A DNA stretch of 64,000 nt. Origin: Pocillopora damicornis (taxonomy: Eukaryota). The translations under genes were made by a program, and so were the position numbers. The stretch spans positions 1 through 64,000 of the forward strand of contig NW_020844576.1 in NCBI RefSeq assembly GCF_003704095.1, in the 5' to 3' direction. Under the pieces are notes generated by a model. It searched no databases. It saw nothing but the letters and a program-made list of their open reading frames with translations, and was not told the DNA's origin. Positions 33,839 through 47,319 of this stretch are shown here, piece by piece (the first letter of the stretch is position 1; each line of letters opens with the position of its first letter).

Positions 33839-35444
33839 CGGCTAAACACGGATCATCGCCGGAGTTTCTTTATCAACGCCACCTCGAAGTTAGTGACCAA
33901 GTTAGAGGCCACACGTGATTGATTGATTCAACACTCCAATAGAATCTCCAAACTTTCAGGTCTTAGTTCGCAAATGGAAATGTTAGATCAGGGATTTCGG
34001 TGAAACTTTCCAGAGCTCTAGCTTTTTGCGACTGCAAAATTGCAATCCTATCGAGGACGTTTGTGCGAATTTCCTTAATTTAATTAGGCTTCATTGCCAG
34101 CTGCTGAGTCCACAGAGACCACGCTCGAGGTCCTCGAGAGCGCAGCTGTTAATTTAAGGAGATACTAGAAGATGCGAATGCCAAGTCCATGGTATTCATA
34201 AATCCTGTCATGAAATTATTGTAGTTTACTCTGTATGCTCCACTTGTCACCACCGTATCGGATCGATAAGAGTTTTAATAACTGGGATATGAAAAGTTAT
34301 CGATTTTGTCATTTTTACATGCGGTTTTCGGTTTTGATCGAATTTTTTTTCGGTTTTGGATAATTTTTTTCTACGGTTTTGCGGTTTCTAATGGGCCCCA
34401 AAGCCTCCCTCTTGTATCAAAGTAGATGAAACAAGGGCAGTCTAAGACTTTCATATCCACCTCCAATTCGCCAGTCTGTGGCTCCAATGCACTTGGCTGA
34501 GGTCTTTTTTAACATCTCAGCTACGTCAAATGCCATTTCCTTTAAAGGCCTCTGACAGTGGATTGTCCCCTTCAGGGGCAACCAACCGAAAATCAAATCC
34601 TTACTTTCTGGTCACAAATGACCACAGAGTGCCGTGATGACAACGTTGCTTCATAGAGGCAATATGGAGCGCCATCTTGGAGTACGACGAAGAATCCTTG
34701 GTAGTCTCCTTCAAATAAAGTAAGGTGAAATATCTCGCCATTGGTTCTCTTCCATATTTTCAGAAGTATTTAATTTTCATTGCCATTAAAGCGATTGTCA
34801 TCTCAGATATCATCAATCACTTCGGCCTCTATCACTTATCGGTAATCTTTTTAAAAACGAAAATCTGATCATTTCGAGGCAAACCGACAGGGTTATAGTT
34901 TTGAATACATCCCTTGCAGCAGGGAAGTGAACTTGTAGATTTTAAAGCTGCCCCTTTTCGAGATAAATTATAAGAAAGTTTACTTACCTTTGGACGCTGC
35001 TGCTTTTCCGCAGCTTAGAAAACAACACCTGCGTCATTGGCTGAACGAAAACTCGTGACTCCTCGTGACAATAAGGTGACCGGGCTCTCGTGATTATCAG
35101 TCCTAGATTAGATTTATTTCGTTCTTGTTCATTCGTCATTGCAATGTCAGAGGAAAAAAAGGGGCCAATTTTCGTATTTTCCGACTTGAAAACAGAATAG
35201 CTACCATCAGAGATATGTAGTAATTCGGGGATTTCTTTATTCATATGTTCATGTATGTATCATGTCTATCATTAAATTTATTTTGATATTTATGGGTCGC
35301 TTTATGAGAGTTTACTGACTGTTACATGGTCTCGAAAGAGAACTGGATACAAAGTTAGTTCTCAGAAGATGAGCAAGAAGTCGGCCTGTTCGCTTCCTCT
35401 GCCAGGAACTCGAGGTATTGCGCACGCAAGATGACAAAAATAGA

Positions 35445-35610
35445 ACCTTACAACATCACCCTGAATCCCACATTAAGGTTTCGAAAATAAAGAAAATGGT
35501 CACCAACTAAAGAAGCACTTGATTTTAAACAAATCCCCCCTCAGCACCTTAGGAAATGTGTAGAGAACAGTATGGAGAATATGCATACTGATGTTAGGGT
35601 GTAAAGGGTC
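35445..35610. mobile_element. MITE-like family A, copy 3 (truncated)
   Basis: cagcaccttaggaaatgtgtagagaacagtatggagaatatgcatactgatgttagggtgtaaagggt is the reverse complement of the 18608 copy start. Confidence 0.85.
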
Positions 35611-36727
35611 GACAGGGGGCCAACTTAATTTACACAATTCATGATGAAACTAGTATTAAACCTCAAAAGCGTTACATGTCATGCCCAGCCCCATGCCTGG
35701 CTATACTAGAACTAATTTTGCGTATAGAAAAAGCACTACTTCATGAGTTGCTGCTTTTAAATTACACCTTCCTTGGCTGTATTGCAACGACACAAATAAA
35801 ACAAAAATTAGGGAGCTGCAAAGCACCAACCTTGAGTAATACAGCTCAGTCTACGATGACTTTAATGCTTCAAGACTGTAGTTAGACGCGTTCATGGTCC
35901 ACCGAAATGACAGACGTTCGAGTCCTTTGAACCTCCAATCATGATAAGATTTAATACGTCGTGCAACTCTCTGTGCCTATTCAACAAGTATCTATTGTGA
36001 CACTTCGGTAAAGCCTCGATTGCAACTCTGTTCACCTTGCTTTAATTTTATAACATTCCCGATAAACATCTGGTTTTGTATGATGGAGAATGGTGCATCA
36101 GAAAGACTACGGATGGTGGTAATGATGATGCTGCAAAAATGTGCTAGAGAGCGCTGCTGATTTAACAAATGTATCCTGAAATAGTATATTAGTCTCTTAT
36201 TTAAGAAGAAAAACCTCAAAAGAATCATCAATTCAATTACCGTTCACAATGGAAATAAACTGTTGGATTCAAAATTCAATCTGGACGAAGCCCAAGACGC
36301 AAAAGATACATGTTGCAAGTGGTTTAATTCTCCTTCTTCAAACATTTTGTAGATTCTTGGCCTATGAGTGATGAATTAAATTGTACAATGAAAAGCCCCT
36401 CCAAGGATACATTCTAATCGTATTTCCTTATGCATTCGAGGATATTTTAGGGAAGTACTACAAACTTATTTTGTTACCATACCAAACCCTTGCAGAGGCG
36501 GTCTCCTCAGGGGGATGGCTCTAACTTTCCCAAACAGTGACGTTCAGGGGTTTGAACTTCCTCATGAAATGCAGCGCCTACATGATATGCATATATCTGT
36601 GAGTCAAGTACCCATCGTGTGGCTGGAGTGACGAAAGGGCTCGTCTATTCAAGCGATATATACCCTTCTAAATGGACTATTTTACCTCACGACTACATTA
36701 GTCTAGCTTTGGCTGTAATTCTTCCTT

Positions 36728-37897
36728 TCAGAGATATGTTTCAATCCATCGTAAGTTTCGACGTCTTTGTGGAAGTTCTGGTTCCAAACGTAGCAGTGAG
36801 TTTTGACTTGAAAGAAACCACACTGAGCATCTTTTCTCAGCTAAATAATCAGCCGATGGTCGTCTATCACTCAAGCTTTGTGGGCTGGATGCCGCACCGT
36901 GGGGACTTAGAGAGGGCCTCCTAATTCTTTGAAAGGTAATGAGTTCCTTAAACCCTCTTCGAAAGCGCGGATTTCGCGCGCCTATTATGATAGGATTACA
37001 CACGCTATACAGAAATCCGCAGATGTAGGCGAAACGTAAAAAATGTTGTGGAATCTGACTGGCGTCTGCAAAAAGAGTCAAGATTCCGTACGCGAAAAAT
37101 GGCGTCCAACAAGCAACAAATGCTGCTAAAACAAACAAAAGGGTGATAATAATCTTTTTCTGTGCTAAGATACCTCGATCATCGATGATAGCGGTGTCAC
37201 GGATCCGTCTACAATGCAACTTCACCGCCTCTATAATCCTCCAATATAACAATATCATTGCTAAGATGGGAATTGTGTAGACCACGGATATCAGAAAGAC
37301 CGTATGTGAAATGTCCAATGCACTGCGCGGAAATCGAGGACCACACATATTTGATGATGATTTGTACACGATTTCAGTCCATCCAAAAATGGGACCTATG
37401 GAACACGCTAGCGCCGAGACCCATACCACAAGAATGATCATCAGAGAGCGTCTTTGTGTTATTATCATTTTCAAAGGCTTAACAATAGAGAAGTACTTGT
37501 GTATACTTATGGCTGTAAGCGTGAAGATGGACGAAGCAAACCAGAAAGGTACCACGAACCCGTTGAACTGACACAGTGGCTTGCCAAACACCCAGCCGTG
37601 TTTGAGGAGCGCTACTATCATGAATGGTATGCAGAATAAACAAACTCCTATCCCTGTGATCGCAAGCTGCGTCAGAAAAAGGTTTGTCCGTGTCCGCATT
37701 TGGCGATTGGAGATAACAACGCCAACCACGAGGCCATTTCCGATCAAGCCAGCTACAAGAGTCAGGAACAAAATTGCTAGTTGAAAAAAGACGAGATTGT
37801 CATAATTCGCCTTTTCATCGTAGCTGTTGATAGTGGAATTGTTCTCTGCTATACTTGTTTGAACTGTCTTCTGCTGATTGAGGGATTTCGCTTCCAT
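36728..37897 (-). CDS. Intronless rhodopsin-family (class A) orphan GPCR, 389 aa
   Basis: Seven hydrophobic segments; N-terminal glycosylation sequon NNST; TM1 GN; ECL1 WVFGKPLC; TM4 W; TM5 P and Y; TM6 FVACWTPF; TM7 NP; helix 8 NPRFRRGF. First in-frame ATG is 37897 (the track start at 37912 is GTG). Confidence 0.93.
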   Translation of the reverse strand: MEAKSLNQQKTVQTSIAENNSTINSYDEKANYDNLVFFQLAILFLTLVAGLIGNGLVVGVVISNRQMRTRTNLFLTQLAITGIGVCLFCIPFMIVALLKHGWVFGKPLCQFNGFVVPFWFASSIFTLTAISIHKYFSIVKPLKMIITQRRSLMIILVVWVSALACSIGPIFGWTEIVYKSSSNMCGPRFPRSALDISHTVFLISVVYTIPILAMILLYWRIIEAVKLHCRRIRDTAIIDDRGILAQKKIIITLLFVLAAFVACWTPFFAYGILTLFADASQIPQHFLRFAYICGFLYSVCNPIIIGARNPRFRRGFKELITFQRIRRPSLSPHGAASSPQSLSDRRPSADYLAEKRCSVWFLSSQNSLLRLEPELPQRRRNLRWIETYL

Positions 37898-40800
37898 TAT
37901 CACTCGATTCACAGCGTATCATGCGATTCTCAAAAAACTTCGACGCTTATTGAATAGAAAAAGATCTATTATGATTTATAAACTTAATGGCAAGGTGCGC
38001 TGATTACAAGAACCGAAATGTGAGGTAACGTGCGCAATACAAGTTTGCGCTTGTCTGTGTAATCGCATTCAAACCATTTTATTTTCACAAAACAGAATCA
38101 CTTAGAACGCCGGCTTGTTAAACAAACTTTTATCTTTTTGTGTACACACCGCCAGCTATTGACATGAGAATAAAAGAAGAACTGAAAGCAACGCGTTGAA
38201 TGAGCAATTAGCAGAATAAGGTCCTAACCTCCTCGGTCATTTGAAAGTGAATAATAGGAAAGACCTGAAAATAATTATCTTTTATCCATCTTATCAAGTA
38301 ACATTATCGTTCAATAGCCAATATCGTTCAAAGATCTTCATTAGAGCAAGATTCAATAATTCGCATAGTTTTTTTTTGTCTGCTACAGAATTAAACATAT
38401 TATCATTAATTATCATACACTCAGCAACTGAGTATCTTTTGTTGATTTAAAAAATGTATATCATTCCAATATTACATACACTTCACCATGTAAGGGATAT
38501 CGGAACGCGAAAAATATGCCTCGGTATTACACTGTAGAACAAGGCAAAAATACTGACGGAAGGCGGAGCAACAAAAAAGCCACACTAAATTGTCTCTGTA
38601 TTTTATTCCATTTGTAGGCTTTTCTGTTAAATAGGGCCGTCGGGTGTTTTTCGTTACTCATGAAAAACACTTCAATGTTGTCGCTAGTGTTGTTTTTGTT
38701 TTTCGCGCACGGCTTATGCGATCTTTAAGATGTTTAGGATATATTTCGAAACGCAGAAGCCATTATACTGGAAAATAAAATAACCGTGAAACAATCAACT
38801 TCCTTTCAATAATTTCACATTTGATACGAGCAGAAATTTTGCTCATTGTTCGTTTTTTAACTCATCACTACTGGGCTCGGAAAATTACTACGCAACTCGC
38901 AAAATATCTGCGCGAATAATTCATTACATCATCGAATAAGGTGAAGATATTTCATTGTTACTGATTGGTCATTCGCTGTACAGATTTTCATTATCATCAT
39001 CATTATTATTATCATCCTGGAGCCCCCGAGCTATAACCTCAAATATCACTTTACGCTTAGCAATATGAAATTCTTGATTCAGGCTGTTCAGAGACGTTTT
39101 TGACGGTTATGGTCGAATACACAGTTCCTTTGCTTATTCGTCATAAACAAAATGGTCGGAGGCCGCTTAGTGACGAGTGCACTGACGTAAAAAAAAAAAA
39201 AGAAAAAAGAAAAAAAAAAAAAGAGCACGCGAGCGACGAGAGTGTTAAAAATCGAACGCACGTGCTTTCTACAGCTTTTGACGAGAACTGCTTTGTGTGA
39301 CTCGTCATGCAGAGTCGATTGATCAATCACAGTTGGAAACAAATAGCTGATTGAATCGCTTTATTGATAAGTATGAAAAATATAAAAAAAGCTTTTTAGT
39401 CTTTAACCTCGCAGCTATTGTAAGAAGTTGGGTTAAAAATCAGGGTACAACGTTCAAAGTCTACGCGTGACACGCATGCAGCTCTATGTCACGCAAGTAC
39501 CGTTGAATAGGTGCTTTACGTAAGCAACAGCTTTTGTGTCTGGTCTCAAAAAAAAAAATCCAGACAGTGTGTATTGAATTCGAAATGATTTCCAATTTCT
39601 TGCCTCGTGAGGACGGAATGCATCTGGGATATTCTCTGTGTGTGAGGATTGAATGATGGATTTTCTGTCGCTCTCGTTGGGTAAGTTCCTTGACCTTGCT
39701 TCAATTTTAAAATCTTTTCTCACGTGGCGTTTGAACTATATTGAAAGCCGGTAAATGGATGAAAAGCTGAGTCATGAAACTTCGCACACTCGACAAAATT
39801 CGAAAGAATGATGTGATATTTTTAATGAATTTTGGTTCGTTATTTGCCTATTCTTATCACGAATAACGGTTTTGTCTTTAGATTGATATAATCTTTTCGC
39901 CTGAACTGAAAAGCAGTTATTTCTTCGTCGATTCGTTACGTAAGGAGCGTCTGATATTGAACCTTCAACCAACATTGGCAAGAGTTTATGAAGGACTTAG
40001 GCACTAGGCTTGCAAATAAGCTTATAGCGGAAACATTTTAGATTAAAATTCAACCATCTGGATCGATAATTTTTAAGCCAATTTACGATGCACGGCTGCG
40101 ATACTTACTTCAGTGCCATTAACTAGCATTAGAGAAGCGAATTCGAAATAACTGTTACCTAATAAAATTGATTTAGCTGTACAGGAAAATTGAAATCATA
40201 CGGTATATGTTTAACCCCTGAACACTCACCGAAGGTAAATTTATGCTCTCAAAATTTCTCTTCATCCGGCGAGCAGAATATTTTTTTAGTTTTCACGGTA
40301 TTTGACTTTCTCGAAATGTTATGTAAAAATATGTTGTAGTTCCTGTCTCTTCGAAGTCGGAAGTGTAAGATATACTAGATTCACAGACAGGATGGAGAGA
40401 GAATTTAATGTATCGTGTTTTAACCGACGTCGAAGCTTTACAATCGTTTGCATAAATGCCACGTTTCGATGTTGCATCTTGTAAGAAACTTAGAAATGAC
40501 GTCCTGCTAAGCAATTCTTCAAGTCTTATTCCATACTGTGATGTCGAAACCACGATCCATCTTATAGCTGTTGGTTTAAGACAGTTGTTTGAGACCCGTA
40601 TATTATAACAAGCTATCGAATCCAATGAGAAGTTTCTCTTTGTAAACAACTCAGTATGGTAACTTTTTTCCCACACAGCAAACTATGAATACTCGAACTC
40701 ACTGTTTATTGTACTGAATATCTACTTGCAAGTTCACAAAATAGGATTGCCAATACTCATTTAACGTAACTTCCTTGTTTAACCAGTATAGATATATTTT

Positions 40801-42463
40801 AAGCCAGCAATAAAGATATGCAAAATGAAACTTTTGCTAATTATTAATAACAATATACATTGACAAAAGCTAGCTCTCTCACTGAGCTCGCAACAACTTT
40901 TAACACAACAAGACAAGAACATTAACCATCATGACCATTCCAAGATGGCGGCTGAAAAATGAAATCACTTCATGTTCAAACCAAACAGGACAGCCATAGC
41001 AACACCCAAATACGAATCCTCCATAAGGTAATTTTACAGAGCTTCATCTAGTCATTTTTTAACTGAGAAGATGTGATTTAAAATTTGAAAAACTTACGGA
41101 CATTTATTTGAGTATAGGTGAATGACCGTTGGTATATGTCCGCAAACTTACGGGCTCACGTGAAATATGAACAAGTTGATGCCTTCAGTTTGCAAGATGC
41201 ATGAGTCAAATTCACTTGAAATTTTCATTACGAACTATTTGAGCCATGTCATTACTTTTCATGAGGATTATCTTGGCTTTACTGTGATGTTTGGTTTTGA
41301 TCGCCATTTTGGAGGCGGTTTTCTTTGCATTAAGGTAACTCCAGAACTAGGGTGATTAACCTAGCGAGCGTCACTTTTTCTTGCTGTGAGTCGACAGAAT
41401 TTGACGACTTTTTGTTGAAAATTATATTTATTATGTAGCAAGGATAGTAATGTTCACTATTCTAAAAGAATCATGCACTGGACATGAATGATCTCGTTTA
41501 TTTTTATGAAGCGAAGCAAGATTGTGGCACTTCATGCCGAACCTTTTATGGTATTGACAACACCCACTCTTAGTAGCTTTTGGTAACCTTTTCCTCTTGT
41601 GGTGTCAAATCCTTCGTGATCGTTTGGTAATTCCATATCATTTCGGCGTGAATATTTTCTCTCGTTTAGTCCGGGATATAATAGTGGACAAGAATGTCTT
41701 TAGACACCTGTCCGATGCATTTTCGATCAAGCCGGCCGATTTAGCGGGCTTTTGTTCCTGGCTAGTGAACCTAAACCGGCCCAACTTTCATCTATCAAGA
41801 AAAATTATCTCGCGGAACTTTGTTTGACACTCACTGACAATTAAAATAAAGCTTTGTGTAGCATTTCGTTACCGTGGCAAGTTGGCTGACTTTCGAAAAA
41901 GGTAAACATATTTTAATCCAAAATACTTGATCAACATCAAACACTGCGTTATTTGGAAGCGTGACTGCCGATTTTGGATCTGAAAGATCGAGATTTATCG
42001 ATCATTTTTGAGAACATAAAAACATTGTAATGTACTCCGAAACGCACTGAACTACTTTATTTAAAAAATGTTCATTTCAAAATACTTTGGTTTAGAGGTA
42101 ACAAATCCAATTTGGTGAGGTTCTGTCGACAATTTATTGCAAACCTGATAATATTTTTTCAAACAAAAGAACTGACATATTAGTAAAATCTTTCAAAAAG
42201 TTTTATCCGAACCCCCCGCGCTTAATCCTGGATCCGCCTCAGTCCTATTCAAGTCTGTTGGTCAATGCTCTTAAATCTGTGACCCTTGAAGCAAAAGCTA
42301 CTGAGCAGAATCTTTAACTCCGCAAAAGACGGAGGTAGTTACAGTGTCGGCTCGATCTTGCGTTTTGTGATAGCAATAGTAATATAAAGTTGTTGTATTA
42401 AGATACTTAAGAAAAAAGCAACGTGACAAATAAAAAAGCTTATTTTTCAAGAAGAGCATGAGA

Positions 42464-42736
42464 GCAAACCCCACAACTAATTGGTTCTTAGTGGCAACCC
42501 TACAATGTGATTGGTTCTTTGTGGCAAACCCTACAATGTGACTGGTTCTTAGTGGCAAACCCTACAATGTGATTGGTTCTTGGTGGCAAACCCTACAATC
42601 TGATTGGTTATTAGTGGCAAACCCTACAATCTGATTGTTTATTAGTGGCAAACCCTACAATCTGATTGGTTCTTAGCAGCAAACGCTACAATCTGATTGG
42701 TCCTTGGTAGCAATCTCTACAATCTGATTGGTTCTT
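42464..42736. repeat. 31-bp minisatellite, about 9 copies
   Basis: Consensus GTGGCAAACCCTACAATCTGATTGGTTCTTA; units start at about 42464 (partial), 42491, 42521, 42552, 42583, 42614, 42645, 42676, 42707. No unique spacers. Confidence 0.95.
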
Positions 42737-43899
42737 TCCTCCCTAGTTACGCGCACAGTCAAACGCCCCAATGTTATCTTCATTTACTTTACTAGCGCAC
42801 AAGTGAATGCTAGTAAATCATAATGAATTTTTTATAGTTTGTTCGGCGCTTAAGGGTGTCCACTCATTATCTATTGCATCTCTTGCTGTACAACTTGAAT
42901 TTTGATGAGCCAATTTCTAAGGAATCATCGGTATATTTATTTTTTTGGTAGAAGAGGATCTGAAGTGCTCTTTGGGAAATTATCGAATGAATCTGCCCTT
43001 TTTCACCTCCTATGGTGTAAAAGAAGCTTAACTGTGTTCATTTGTTTACCAAATACTATATTTGTGATAAATAGTTTGGTTCATCCGATGGAGGAAGTAT
43101 GTGATCATTTATTATCATTGATCATTAAAACATTATTTGGCAATATAATTATATACTGAAGAGCATAATAAGAAAATAAGCCTCAGAGTGCGATGAAAAA
43201 AGTAGTTTAGGACCAGCACTGCATCCGCTGTAATAAAAAAATGTTCTGTTCTCTCAGACCAGTGTTGGTCAGCTTGTTCTAGCAATTCGTTTTTGTGTTT
43301 CTTTTTTTTGTTCCTTTCTCATTTCCTTTTAGGAATTTTCCAACGAGAATTTACTTGTTTTCTTATCTTTTGTAAATAGAACCCTCCTTCAGTTTACCAA
43401 AGGAAATAATTTCATCCATTGTATCATTTCGTTGTTATTTCAGGATTTCATGTTATCCTTTATTGTTATAAAACTATTTCATAATTTGTATTTGCAAGTC
43501 AGTTCTCAAGTTTTATTCAAACTAAACCTTTCTATTTACAAAGTGCATTGAACTTCACATTCTATTTCTTCATTTTCCTACTTTTCTCCATGGACAAAGG
43601 CGTCACCTCTCCTTGCCGGTTGAAAGTCAACATCTGTGGGTCCCGTAGGCATGTCGTTTTGTATATAAAGTTATCATGGTTTATCCCCAGAGTAATAAAA
43701 TTTAGTTGTAAGAATATCTAAAATGCGATGTAGCCCTGACTAATAAAGTGTCTAAAAAAGGAACTATTTAAAGTTTCTTCGGCGCTTTAAGATCGCTTAA
43801 TCTTGTAATTCTCTCACTGTACACTTAAACGAAATCACCAACAATATGTAGAGTTCTTGTAAAATGTAAACCGACTCAGTGAAACACAGTTGCGTTTTT

Positions 43900-44399
43900 T
43901 TAGCCTGGGTGGGGTCGGAGGAATTTTTTGGGGTGATCACAGGGGGGACTATAGGGGAGATTAGTCGTCGCCAACGGAGTTTAAAGAGGCAACTATAGAT
44001 ATTAGCTTCTAATGAATTGTTAATGAGAGGCGGGTGGGGGTGGATTAGAAGAATATTACATTATTACTGAGCCTTATCAGTAAAATTTTATCGTGACATA
44101 ACCAGAGTCCTTTGAGACCCCTCTCCCCTCCCCGCCAGGCGATCAATAATGATCAGAGTCCTTTGAGACCCCTCTTTCCTCCCCGCCAGGCGATCAATAA
44201 TGACAAGTGTCCTCTGAGACCCCTCTCCCCGCCAGGCGATCAATAATGACCAGAGTCCTCTGTGACCNNNNNNNNNNNNNNNNNNNNNNNNNNNNNNNNN
44301 NNNNNNNNNNNNNNNNNNNNNNNNNNNNNNNNNNNNNNNNNNNNNNNNNNNNNNNNNNNNNNNNNNNCCGCCAGGCGATCACTAATGGCCAGAGTCCCT
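43900..44399. mobile_element. MITE-like family B copy with a tandemly amplified right end
   Basis: Left gcctgggtgggg is complementary to right ccccgccaggc. The unit accagagtcctttgagacccctctcccctccccgccaggcgatcaataatg (46-51 bp) starts at 44101, 44152, 44203 and 44249 and continues across the gap. Confidence 0.75.
44268..44367. other. Assembly gap (100 N)
   Basis: Run of N inside the tandem array. Confidence 0.99.
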
Positions 44400-45189
44400 T
44401 GGCTTCAGTCAATGAACATATTATGAAGGCAAAAGATGCGTCAGTACGATTTGATTTATCACAGAAGGATATAAGCACATTATTAACTGGCCTTAGTCGG
44501 TCCGTAGTGGTAGTAAACGTTTCGCCGGTTAGGGCTTTATCGTGTATATAAATATATTCAGATAAGAGGAACTTTTTGATCAGTAGGACGAATTATCTCT
44601 TTTGGAGCTTTTAAACTCTTGCGCAAGGGTAGGAATATCGTAAAGATTATGAGGAGGATATGGATAATCGCCGAAAATTTTGTGCTCCCGTGGAGGAGCA
44701 CAAAATTTCAAGCCTTGAGAACAACTAGGGCGTGATCTTCGCTTTAACCCTTACGAAGACCTCCTCTTAGAGCCGATAAGTTACTGTTATAAGTGCCTTG
44801 TTTCCAGTTAATTAAAATGTATTGCAAAAAATCATTAGCTCCGTGCTAATCTACCTCCAACAATTAAAAGAAGAATGACGGTGTTTCTTCCTATGCGGCC
44901 CTTAAATATTTTTTATATTTTAGGTGAATGGCCAGGCTGCCGTAAGGACAGTGCAATCCCTTCCGAACAACAAGTCTGATCCAATCCATGGCTAAAGTAC
45001 AATGCCTTAGGCGACCCTTAGATAAACATACACCAAAGTGAGATCCAAGTCAGTTATTTTGCACCCTTTACCAAGCTTAATGGGCCATTAACACACTCTA
45101 CTCAACCAGCGAGATAATGTATTTCGTATAGTGCTCTCACATTTAACATTAGCAATGTTCTAAACTCTCTTTTACGAGAAATTGGACGC

Positions 45190-45385
45190 CTCAGAGTGAC
45201 TAGCATCTAATTTCTCCTTACAATATCACCCCTGAACAGACGTAAAGGTCATGAGAATAAAGGAAGTGATCACCAGCAAAAAAAATTTTTTTTCTGTTAA
45301 AAAAATTCTTCGTGTCAGCACCTTAGGAAATGTATAGAGAATGGTATAGAGATTGTGGGTTCTGATGTTAGGATATAAAGGGTTA
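45190..45385. mobile_element. MITE-like family A, copy 4
   Basis: agagtgactagcatctaatttctccttacaatatcacccctgaa...cagcaccttaggaaatgtatagagaa...taaagggttaa; reverse complement of the 18608 copy. Confidence 0.85.
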
Positions 45386-47164
45386 AGCTTAAGTTGAGCG
45401 GTAAGTCATTTAAAAATGTTTGATTCACTCTTTGTCAAGTGTGACAGTGTTAAACAAGGTGAGAATATTTGTTTTTCCCATTTTAGAAACGGATGATTTA
45501 AAGTGAACGAAACACGGGTACTTTCCCTCTTTCAAGCCTCGCCAAAGAATTATGGATAGCGAAACACCTCCAACGAACCAAGTCTGAGACAGTACCATCG
45601 ATAGACAGAGTAGCATACACTATCAAGATTGCCAAAATTGGGTTGAAAACAGTACATCTGCCATCAAACTGACTTTTTAATGGAGACGTCTCTTACTGTT
45701 CTAGCAATCCGTTATGATTTTATCTATACATCGACAGGCAATCTTGCCCTTGCAACTGAAGGTCTCTTCAAATGCCTGATTCGCTTTTGTTTGTACAAAA
45801 ATTAGAGGCTTCAGCAGATGTTGGTTCCTTGCTTACGTGGAAAAATGGGAACGTTATAGATACGCTGGAATAGCTCAACAACTGCGAACGCTGTAATTCT
45901 TACGGCGGTGAAGGAGCCTGGAATACAATTTCAAGGTACTTGATGTTAGTATAATCGACAAAGCTGGCCAAGATGGTTTTACATTCAGCCCTTATGCAAT
46001 CGACTGAAGCAGAACATCCAGCCGGGAATATGGCGGAAAAGCATTCGTAAGGAGAGGTATGCGAAACCCAGATTGTTGCTTTGTAAATTGGATTTATTAT
46101 TAGCACTGATTGATGTTTTACGGCTTTTGGTAGGGTCTGTTAAATTACTAAGGTGAAGCATACTCTTGTTATTGCCAATGCCTTTTCAAAAAGACTTTCA
46201 GGGTTGAAAATGAAAAATACAGAGGTTGATTACACCACCTGAGTGATATCGAATTTATGAAATTAAGGTACCACATTCTTCTTCGTCCAAAATTTTCTAA
46301 AACTTGCTAATTGTTTACACAAGGATCCAATTGTATCCGGTTAGGACACAGTGAAGCCATTGTTTCGATTCACAGGAAACCTCTGTTCTTCTTACACTGT
46401 AGGACACAAAGGGTCACTGAGTCATCTGCGAAATCCGGAGCAGTGCTTGCATATGCTACCAGACCCTCTGACCATCTTGATGGCTACAAAGGTGTAACCT
46501 CTGTAGATTGATGAAGATGATAAATATGGCGAAAAGTGGACTGCAGTAAGTTTACTTCAGCATTGCACACTGGCCGTAGTTTTTATGTAGAACAGTACAG
46601 CCATTTTCTCCCTTCATTTCAGTGAGGCTGAAGTGGTCCTTTTTTTCTTTTCGCGCCTTCAATAGTCATTGGGTTGAAGTTAAAACAAATGCATTTAACA
46701 TTCTCACTAATACTCTACCCCCATTTTAATGAGGCCCAAATAACGCATTTTTTTTCTGTACCATCCCTCAGATGCCCTTCATTTCTGCTATCAGAGGATT
46801 ATGGTCGTAATCCTTCCTGCTCTCACACGCTCACCGCTAAGCTCTGATTGAGGAAGAGATATCTAGCCAAAGGCTAATCACGGATCTCCGCGAACTGTTT
46901 TAGCTAATTTAAGAAGACTTGCGTTGTTGTGGCGTTTGGGTGTGGTGGAGATAAAAGAGGTTTGCCGATTTTCATTATCTTTGTATAGTGAATATATGCA
47001 TGGTAGTTGAATGTGACTAGCTTTTAAAGGAATCTTACCCGCAACTGTAGTATTTTTAACGGCGCATCCGAATCATGGCGTTGAAAGATATTACAGCACT
47101 AATACCTTACTTCTCCAAGTTACAGCTAAATTGGCGACCGCCTCAATAGTACTTTCCGATTGCT

Positions 47165-47319
47165 AAAAACCCTCACTTTCAAAACGAGGCCAAGTGCAAA
47201 ACCATTCTTGTGAAAATGAGATCTGCTTGCATCAAAAGGAAAATCAGCTTTACATCATAGGCCTTTCACTTACCCTCGTTTGAAAGCAGTGTCTTTGTGC
47301 ATCTTGAAGATGGCCTATT
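47165..47319. mobile_element. Partial interspersed repeat
   Basis: cctcactttcaaaacgaggccaagtgcaaaacc is loosely inverted against ttcacttaccctcgtttgaaag; ends atggcctatt. Confidence 0.5.

Noticed and set aside
36728-37897. Opsin
   Set aside because: The position equivalent to the retinal-binding Lys in TM7 is Phe.
40293-40676. 127-aa minus-strand ORF
   Set aside because: Non-ATG start, no motif and no clear splice context.
42464-42736. CRISPR array
   Set aside because: Units are contiguous with no unique spacers, the context is eukaryotic and there are no cas genes.
44194-44551. ORFs spanning the N run
   Set aside because: Artefacts of the gap and the tandem repeat.
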